Positions 1 through 4,462 of a stretch of 5,103 nt of DNA are shown here, one piece after another. The stretch lies in the IMG/VR virus record IMGVR_UViG_3300020041_000025, positions 1-5,103 of that record. One strand, given 5' to 3'. Source of the stretch: a virus. Numbering within the stretch: the first letter of the stretch is position 1; every line of letters starts with the position of its first letter. A program made the translations under genes and the position numbers. The notes beneath the pieces were generated by a model. That model was not told the origin of the DNA. It searched no databases and saw only the letters and a list, made by a program, of their open reading frames with translations.

Positions 1-121
1 GAGAATGGGATTCAGACCAGCGGCACGCATGTCATCAACAGCCCATTGATAACGATGTTTATAATTTTCAACATTCCACGCATTCGCCTGTGCGGCATTA
101 GCGGAATTGTAATGATTCTGA
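1..121. repeat. Terminal redundancy, copy 1: exact duplicate of 4983..5103 (circular genome read past its own start)
   Basis: Base-by-base comparison shows 1..121 (gagaatggga...aatgattctga) is identical to 4983..5103, at an offset of 4982 nt. The minus-strand VP2 frame is continuous across the join. Confidence 0.97.
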
Positions 122-180
122 ACTGCAGATCCGAGAACAGAACCAGCGACACTGCCTAATGTATTTGAAAGCCACGACAT
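1..180 (-). CDS. VP2: VP2 (minor capsid / DNA pilot protein), N-terminal 60 codons. It continues across the circle junction into 4476..4982.
   Basis: The ATG at 180..178 is preceded by AAGGAG with an 8-nt spacer. Reverse-complement translation gives MSWLSNTLGSVAGSVLGSAVQNHYNSANAAQANAWNVENYKHRYQWAVDDMRAAGLNPIL. This runs in frame into the 178-aa track ORF, whose Met at 5012 is the same base as 30. The full protein is 228 aa. The YKHRYQW..DM..AGLNP..A motif followed by an Ala/Ser/Gly/Gln-rich body is typical of gokushovirus VP2. Confidence 0.88.
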   Translation of the reverse strand, partial: MSWLSNTLGSVAGSVLGSAVQNHYNSANAAQANAWNVENYKHRYQWAVDDMRAAGLNPIL

Positions 181-194
181 ATAACCAACTCCTT
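176..194 (-). repeat. 19-nt translation-initiation cassette (AAGGAGTTGGTTATATGTC), copy in front of VP2
   Basis: gacatataaccaactcctt at 176..194 is identical to 4458..4476. It contains the SD, the spacer, the ATG and the first two bases of a Ser codon. Confidence 0.95.
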
Positions 195-1916
195 CTAGAA
201 GTGATCAACAAGGCCGGGCGTACCGAACATAGGCATAGGACGCACAGTAGTATAACGGAAGCCTACGTCGAGCAAGAACTCAGGCTCATCCTGAACGGCA
301 ATAATGCGCTTAATGGGCGGATTTTCCGTAATGAATTCCTCGTTCAGAGTAGGAGCATTATTGAAGAACTGGGATAAGTGCCACACGTCAAGGTTACCAC
401 CAGTTACAGAGCTACGGAACTTGCCCGTGATCTGCGAAGGTTTATAGCGGTATTCAGCATAACGCTCCTGATATCCGAAAACAGTAGTATCAGCTGCAGT
501 ACCCTGGGCATAAATCTCACGAAGTTCAATAGCCTGTTCACCAAGATGGGCGAATGTCGGCCAATAGAAGTCATAAACCGTAGAACGAAGCCACATCTTA
601 TTGACACCTTGCTGGTAAGTAAGGTCGGCGCGGGCGCATACGAAGCCTATAATATAGCCATGTTCAACGAATGACTTCGTGAAACCATGAAATCTAGACG
701 CCGTAACGCCGTAGGCTGAAAGGTTACCTTGAGGCGAGGTGTTGTCGGTTGCAGAAGTCTGAGCTATTGGGTTGACATTAACCATCTTCGTGAAGGAGCC
801 TAGAAACTCTGGACGTTGCAATCGGGCGTCTGGAGAAACCACGCCGAAGAAAGAGCGAAGCACTTCAGTATACCGACTACCACCGCGAGCAAGGCGCTCA
901 TAGAACTTCTGCATCTGAAAAGCAGTGCGAAGACTGTTGATGGTGAAGATGCTGGAAGAATCCAGATCGGCATAAGCAGATTTAGAAAGCCAAGAAGAAC
1001 CGGGCTGGGCAGTAACGGTAGACACACCAGAACCGTTGACAGAGTGACCGGCTATAGAAGTGCTATAACCACCTTGATACTGCAACGTACCGCTTCCAGT
1101 ATATACGCTATGAACGCCGCCATCTTCCGAAAGCTGAGCAGCACCTAAGCTATTATTAGATTGCTGTACGAAGTAGCCTGAGACAGGCGAAGGATCAACT
1201 AATGTAGCGGTACCGGCAAGGCCTATAGATACACCGGGTCCTTTCTGTGTCCAAGGCAGAGCGGAAGTAAAGTAATCATGGCGCTTACCGCGTGGTGGGC
1301 AAGGATATCCGGGAAGAATGCTAGTTCCAGAACTGAATAACCAAGAAGGCTGATCAGAAACGCGGGAAGAATCCAATATTTCATTGGTGTCGCCTTTCTG
1401 GATCTTGACAGACTTCTGCAGATTTTCATCTCGAAACCATTCATTCCAGATGAGGTATACAGCGCGGAATGGAAGAGCGCTAACACCAGATATAGTATTT
1501 TCCGTGTTGACAGGTAGGCCGAAATAGTCCCATAGAGAACCCACGTAAGTATTATTAGTGTTAGCATTAGCCATAATGGCAGGGATGACATAATCGGTAC
1601 TATCATCAGGATCTTCTTGTTCAAAGCAGAAATTCTGCCAATGGTCCCAGACGAGGCGATTTGGAACAAAAAAGAAAAACCAGTCCAGATATATATTGTC
1701 CATGATAGGCTTAATAGGAGTAGCTAATCGAGCGAAATAATTAACAGACATCCTAGTAGTATCACCAGGCAGTACTTCATCAACGAATACGGGGACAAGC
1801 TTGCCTGAGTTGAAAGTTGTCTTATAGACATGCGAGCGGTCGAATTTCGTCCGACGCATATACATTGCGGGAGCATCGCTGAAGCGATGACCTCTAACTC
1901 TAATTTTTCGAGCCAA
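195..1916 (-). CDS. VP1: Major capsid protein VP1 (phiX174 F-protein superfamily), 573 aa
   Basis: This is the longest ORF. It carries hallmark gokushovirus VP1 motifs: FDRSH.YKTTF..G.L.P.F.DEVLPGDT near the N-terminus, and INSLR.AF..QK.YE..ARGGSRYTE..RSFFGV...DARLQRPEFLG in the middle. A G/S/T-rich variable insertion lies between them. The start codon at 1916..1914 is TTG, 4 nt downstream of AAGGTGA (1927..1921). There is no in-frame ATG upstream before the stop at 1952..1950. Confidence 0.95.
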   Translation of the reverse strand: MARKIRVRGHRFSDAPAMYMRRTKFDRSHVYKTTFNSGKLVPVFVDEVLPGDTTRMSVNYFARLATPIKPIMDNIYLDWFFFFVPNRLVWDHWQNFCFEQEDPDDSTDYVIPAIMANANTNNTYVGSLWDYFGLPVNTENTISGVSALPFRAVYLIWNEWFRDENLQKSVKIQKGDTNEILDSSRVSDQPSWLFSSGTSILPGYPCPPRGKRHDYFTSALPWTQKGPGVSIGLAGTATLVDPSPVSGYFVQQSNNSLGAAQLSEDGGVHSVYTGSGTLQYQGGYSTSIAGHSVNGSGVSTVTAQPGSSWLSKSAYADLDSSSIFTINSLRTAFQMQKFYERLARGGSRYTEVLRSFFGVVSPDARLQRPEFLGSFTKMVNVNPIAQTSATDNTSPQGNLSAYGVTASRFHGFTKSFVEHGYIIGFVCARADLTYQQGVNKMWLRSTVYDFYWPTFAHLGEQAIELREIYAQGTAADTTVFGYQERYAEYRYKPSQITGKFRSSVTGGNLDVWHLSQFFNNAPTLNEEFITENPPIKRIIAVQDEPEFLLDVGFRYTTVRPMPMFGTPGLVDHF

Positions 1917-1939
1917 TTTTTCACCTTCTTTGAAGTGTA

Positions 1940-1977
1940 AACCTAATAATTAGCCTAAAGCGAATTATTCTTAGGTT
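1940..1977. other. AT-rich intergenic hairpin (VP3-VP1 spacer)
   Basis: aacct(1940..1944)+aataatt(1945..1951) pairs with aattatt(1963..1969)+aggtt(1973..1977). The loop is 11 nt and there is a 3-nt bulge (ctt). Confidence 0.55.
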
Positions 1978-1990
1978 TTAGTTTATTTTT

Positions 1991-2039
1991 GCGTCACCTA
2001 CGCCAGTTACATCAAGTAAGTAACTGGCTTCGGTGACGC
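1991..2039. other. Long two-tier intergenic hairpin immediately after the VP3 stop
   Basis: gcgtcacc(1991..1998) pairs with ggtgacgc(2032..2039), and gccagttac(2002..2010) pairs with gtaactggc(2020..2028). That is 17 bp in total, with a 3x3 internal loop and a 9-nt apical loop. No U-tract follows on the coding (minus) strand, so it is not a canonical terminator. Confidence 0.7.
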
Positions 2040-2522
2040 CTATTTTGGTGTTTCTTCATTATTTTGAGTTAAAGTGTTACTTTTTTCTTGTGTTTGTTCA
2101 CTACTTAAGGACTGTTGTAGTTTATCAGAGGTATGATTGCTACCATACAGACCTTGTTGTTGGAGGTATTCGAGCGTTTCAGGACTATTCAATTGGCTGA
2201 TGAAATTCATAGGATCGTGACCGAATTTAGCTCGAACGTAAGCAGGAAGACTGTAGAATTCTTCACGAACTCCAGAGACAAGTTCGAGAGCCGTACTGTA
2301 GTCACCGGGAAGCGTTGCATCTCCGAACTGTAGATAAGCATACTGAGAACTATCGCCGAGATCGAGAGTAGCTATGCCTTTCTGGCCGTCTGCGTACTTG
2401 TTGACGATATAGTTGATATCAGTTTCATCTTTCTCGTCCTGAACCGCGAGAGACGGCATAGTGAATTCAATGCCGCAATGATCATGTTCTTCGACTGGAT
2501 CGTAAGCTGTCTTAAATTTCAT
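2040..2522 (-). CDS. VP3: Internal scaffolding protein VP3, 160 aa
   Basis: The ATG at 2522 is preceded by AAGGAGGTGA (2536..2527) with a 4-nt gap (7 nt from the GGAGG core). The protein carries the pattern I recognise from gokushovirus/Chlamydia-phage VP3: SLAVQDEKDETDINYIVNKY, then FGD...DY..AL.....REEF..LPA.VR.KF..DP..F. The tail is acidic and Gln-rich. Confidence 0.85.
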   Translation of the reverse strand: MKFKTAYDPVEEHDHCGIEFTMPSLAVQDEKDETDINYIVNKYADGQKGIATLDLGDSSQYAYLQFGDATLPGDYSTALELVSGVREEFYSLPAYVRAKFGHDPMNFISQLNSPETLEYLQQQGLYGSNHTSDKLQQSLSSEQTQEKSNTLTQNNEETPK

Positions 2523-2542
2523 AGTTTCACCTCCTTTCGCAG

Positions 2543-2568
2543 GCGCCTAGACGCGGCGGGCGTGGCGC
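2543..2568. other. GC-rich hairpin inside a GC island between the terminator and the VP3 ribosome-binding site
   Basis: gcgcc(2543..2547) pairs with ggcgc(2564..2568), and acgc(2551..2554) pairs with gcgt(2560..2563). The bulge is tag and the loop is ggcgg. In 2539..2570, 26 of 32 bases are G/C. Confidence 0.6.
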
Positions 2569-2570
2569 AC

Positions 2571-2603
2571 AGAAAAAGGACGATCTCTTGCGAGACCGTC
2601 CTT
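2571..2603 (-). terminator. Rho-independent terminator downstream of VP5
   Basis: The minus strand reads AAGGACGGTCTC-GCAA-GAGATCGTCCTT-TTTCTGTG. This is a 12-bp stem with one G.U pair, a GNRA tetraloop and a U-rich tail. It begins 26 nt after the VP5 stop. Confidence 0.72.
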
Positions 2604-2623
2604 ATTCTGATACGCTCTATATT

Positions 2624-2652
2624 AGATTATCATTTAATCGGGTCGTTGTCAA
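2624..2652 (-). promoter_or_regulatory. Sigma70-type promoter with extended -10 (P3): TTGACA-N14-TGA-TAATCT
   Basis: The -35 TTGACA is at 2652..2647, the spacer is 17 nt, TGn is at 2632..2630, and the -10 TAATCT is at 2629..2624. The predicted start is near 2617. It overlaps the VP5 3' end and stop codon. Confidence 0.5.
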
Positions 2653-2920
2653 CATCCCGTACATAATCTACGGCGCGACCAACCAGCACAGGAACGCGGG
2701 ATTCGTCAGAACTTTCAATATAGTAACGGCCATCAGTATCGCCAAGGTTACCGATATAATGAAGACTGAAATCTTCAGGATAACTATTAATAAGCGTCTT
2801 ATCATCATTAACTAAACCTTCGAAAGCTCGCAGAGCGAGCATGTCATTGTGGTAGACCTGTGGAGGGCTGAATTGTTCAGCCTTGGAATCATAAATGGAA
2901 TAGAGTCTCAGCGGAACCAT
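2630..2920 (-). CDS. VP5: Small nonstructural protein VP5 (gokushovirus ORF5 type), 96 aa
   Basis: The N-terminus ..LYSIYDSKAEQFSPP......ALRAF........, followed by YPEDFSLHYIGNLGDTDG, matches the VP5 pattern I recognise from Chlamydia-phage and gut gokushoviruses (..IYD.K.....P......A.R.F...PED..L..G..D..TG). The ATG is at 2920. The SD AAGGAG abuts the ATG directly, which is unusually close. Confidence 0.8.
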   Translation of the reverse strand: MVPLRLYSIYDSKAEQFSPPQVYHNDMLALRAFEGLVNDDKTLINSYPEDFSLHYIGNLGDTDGRYYIESSDESRVPVLVGRAVDYVRDVDNDPIK

Positions 2921-3128
2921 CTCCTTTTCTGAATGAAACTAAAAACCTACGAATCATGAGATATAGCGTAGCTGATATGACATAATAGTCATTATCAAGG
3001 CGAATAACTCTGGAATCATCAGGTTTGAGGCGATAAGCGGCATATTTACTGCCGCGAAAAGAGTAATTGAAGAGAATATTACGATTTGAACAGAATTTTT
3101 CAACGGCCTCAAGTTCATTAATAGGCAT
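2889..3128 (-). CDS. Hypothetical protein, 79 aa from the ATG at 3128 (the track starts it at GTG 3131)
   Basis: This ORF fills the VP4-VP5 gap directly downstream of promoter P2. GAGG lies only 2 nt before the ATG. I recognise no motif. Its last 32 nt overlap the VP5 start. The C-terminal third (ISATLYLMIRRFLVSF...) looks less protein-like than the N-terminal part. Confidence 0.4.
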   Translation of the reverse strand: MPINELEAVEKFCSNRNILFNYSFRGSKYAAYRLKPDDSRVIRLDNDYYVISATLYLMIRRFLVSFRKGDGSAETLFHL

Positions 3129-3146
3129 CACCTCATTTCTGATTTA

Positions 3147-3175
3147 ATGATAACACAATCATAATACCTTGTCAA
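3147..3175 (-). promoter_or_regulatory. Sigma70-type promoter with extended -10 (P2): TTGACA-N14-TGT-TATCAT
   Basis: The -35 TTGACA is at 3175..3170, the spacer is 17 nt, TGn is at 3155..3153, and the -10 TATCAT (5/6) is at 3152..3147. The predicted start is near 3140. It straddles the VP4 stop. Confidence 0.6.
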
Positions 3176-4070
3176 GTTTTCTGCCAAGAAAATGTTTATA
3201 TTTGCCTTCTTGAACAATGCAGCGGTCAACAAGGCGCTCATAAGTATTGTTCTCCAAGTTATTAAGCATCTTCTCGATACGGTTATTACGGATGTATTCC
3301 ATCCAGTGAGGATGTGTTTCATCGAACTTATTATCATAGTAACGAGGAGGACGCATCTTCTTACCGTTAATGACAACGAAATCATTAGCATAACACTCTT
3401 CACCATGCTCTTCAAGCCATTTTCCGCCTATACCGGGACGATTGGATGCAAGCATGAACTCAGGCGTACGGCCATTATAGTGTTCGGCAGCTTGACTGCC
3501 AGTCTGCTTCTTCACTATGTAGCGCGCGACATAGGCAGCAGAATCGAAGCTGAAGTCGCCAATAAGATGCATACCGTATTTCCATACTTTGGAAAAACGA
3601 GAAGAAGTATAAGTGTTATAACCGTCTGTACGGAACCGAAAAGCTTTGTCATCGAAATTAATATTAAACAATATATAATGATAATGGGGACGACCATGAA
3701 GTTCACCATATTCACCACAGCCGAGAAAGCGAATACCACTGCCATACTCACGACGAAGATTTTTCATAAATGTTTGATGAAATTTCTTGCTCAAGCTTCT
3801 GTTGTTCGGCAAGTGATAATCATCGAAAGTGCACGTAACGAAATAAGCTGAAGACGAAGTACGGGCTTCGTGAACAGCTCTGACAGCCCACTGTCTACTA
3901 TTTTCAAGCCGACAGCCGATACATTGTTTGCAAGAACAGCGAATGAAACGACTATCGCTGGCAAGTTCAGGGTGGGAGGCAAGGCTGCCGTAGAAGGAAT
4001 AGTGCTGCTTGCCATTTTTCGTAATCGCTCCTTCAACCGGGTACATGAGGATAGGATTGTAGCATACCAT
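3159..4070 (-). CDS. VP4: Replication initiation protein VP4 (HUH rolling-circle endonuclease, phiX174 gpA superfamily), 303 aa from the ATG at 4070
   Basis: Motif 1 is FVTCTF. The HUH motif HYH in GRPHYHYILF is at 3686..3678. The two-tyrosine catalytic motif YVARYIVKK is at 3533..3519 (compare phiX174 gpA Y-x3-Y). A Cys cluster CSCKQCIGC is at 3938..3912. The track starts the ORF at GTG 4079. I prefer the ATG at 4070 because AGGTGA sits 5 nt upstream and promoter P1 predicts a transcript start near 4081. Confidence 0.93.
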   Translation of the reverse strand: MVCYNPILMYPVEGAITKNGKQHYSFYGSLASHPELASDSRFIRCSCKQCIGCRLENSRQWAVRAVHEARTSSSAYFVTCTFDDYHLPNNRSLSKKFHQTFMKNLRREYGSGIRFLGCGEYGELHGRPHYHYILFNINFDDKAFRFRTDGYNTYTSSRFSKVWKYGMHLIGDFSFDSAAYVARYIVKKQTGSQAAEHYNGRTPEFMLASNRPGIGGKWLEEHGEECYANDFVVINGKKMRPPRYYDNKFDETHPHWMEYIRNNRIEKMLNNLENNTYERLVDRCIVQEGKYKHFLGRKLDKVL

Positions 4071-4087
4071 ATTAATCACCTGTACCG

Positions 4088-4116
4088 ATTGTATCAGGAT
4101 TAAGTCAGAATGTCAA
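4088..4116 (-). promoter_or_regulatory. Sigma70-type promoter with extended -10 (P1), upstream of VP4: TTGACA-N14-TGA-TACAAT
   Basis: The -35 TTGACA is at 4116..4111 and overlaps the VP8 stop. The spacer is 17 nt, TGn is at 4096..4094, and the -10 TACAAT (5/6) is at 4093..4088. The predicted start near 4081 sits just ahead of the VP4 SD. Confidence 0.65.
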
Positions 4117-4223
4117 ATCCTAAATCCACCTCGTCCTACTCTCTTGAAATTTCTGCGGCGAGATTTGGAAGTACGCCGAAAAAGGCGACGAGAACCACGA
4201 TTAGACAGTCTTCGACGTTTCAT
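4113..4223 (-). CDS. VP8: 36-aa arginine-rich DNA-binding/packaging protein (VP8 / phiX174 J-like). Not in the supplied ORF track.
   Basis: Hand translation of the minus strand gives ATG(4223)...TGA(4115..4113) = MKRRRLSNRGSRRLFRRTSKSRRRNFKRVGRGGFRI. That is 14 Arg and 3 Lys with no acidic residue. GGAGGG (4236..4231) lies 7 nt upstream. The start overlaps the stop of the preceding ORF as ATGA. Confidence 0.72.
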   Translation of the reverse strand: MKRRRLSNRGSRRLFRRTSKSRRRNFKRVGRGGFRI

Positions 4224-4462
4224 TTAGTGTCCCTCCAGGAACCGAAAAAACGGCTAGTTTTTTTAGAATCATTCTTATTACTACCAACTGGCTCAACAAG
4301 TTGCGCAACATCGGTTTGAAAATCCGAGGCAACCTTTTTAGCAGTGACAGTATTCATAGAAGCTTTACCTTTAAGCGCTTCGATAAGGTCAACGACTTCT
4401 TGAATGAAGGGGACAACAACGGTAACAATAAAGGTCAGAATCATAGTAGTTTTGTTAGACAT
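4220..4462 (-). CDS. 80-aa hypothetical protein with an N-terminal hydrophobic helix and a basic C-terminus
   Basis: The ATG at 4462 lies within the same 19-nt SD/ATG cassette as VP2. Residues 5-20 are TTMILTFIVTVVVPFI (4450..4403), followed by an amphipathic acidic stretch and a polar, basic tail (..SNKNDSKKTSRFFGSWRDTK). The ORF fits exactly between VP2 and VP8 and is coupled to VP8 by an ATGA overlap. I recognise no family. Confidence 0.6.
   Translation of the reverse strand: MSNKTTMILTFIVTVVVPFIQEVVDLIEALKGKASMNTVTAKKVASDFQTDVAQLVEPVGSNKNDSKKTSRFFGSWRDTK

Noticed and set aside
601-1512. Five plus-strand TTGACA hexamers (601, 772, 1036, 1405, 1507) as possible antisense promoters
   Set aside because: None has a TAnnnT or TGn element 16-18 nt downstream. 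All lie inside VP1 on the non-coding strand.
1935-1940. TTTACA (-35-like, minus strand) just upstream of the VP1 SD as a dedicated VP1 promoter
   Set aside because: No acceptable -10 hexamer follows at 16-18 nt. That position falls in the SD/TTG region (GAAAAATTGG).
3037-3055. gcggca-tatttac-tgccgc hairpin (6 bp) inside the hypothetical ORF
   Set aside because: It is too short and isolated to interpret, has no adjacent U-tract or repeat partner, and could be chance.
3128-4036. Same-strand ORFs overprinted on VP4 (3128..3415, 3515..3751, 3791..4036) and the shorter ones on VP1 (404..607, 800..1027, 1724..1924)
   Set aside because: All are in the +1 frame of the host gene. Their hydrophobicity and scarcity of stops follow from pyrimidine-rich third codon positions, and I saw no SD where I looked. 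I treat them as compositional artefacts. Only the longest (1223..1669) is kept, as a low-interest finding.
4077-4079. GTG at 4079 as the VP4 start (as drawn by the ORF track)
   Set aside because: The GTG is part of the AGGTGA SD itself and lies about 2 nt from the transcript start predicted by promoter P1. The ATG at 4070 has proper SD spacing and gives the M-x-C-x-x-P type N-terminus seen in VP4 proteins.
4245-4263. aaaaaac-ggcta-gtttttt inverted repeat inside the 80-aa ORF, which looks terminator-like on the plus strand
   Set aside because: The stem is almost pure A:T (7 bp) and very weak. It lies within coding sequence (KKTSRFF) and on the untranscribed strand. It is probably incidental to Lys/Phe codons.
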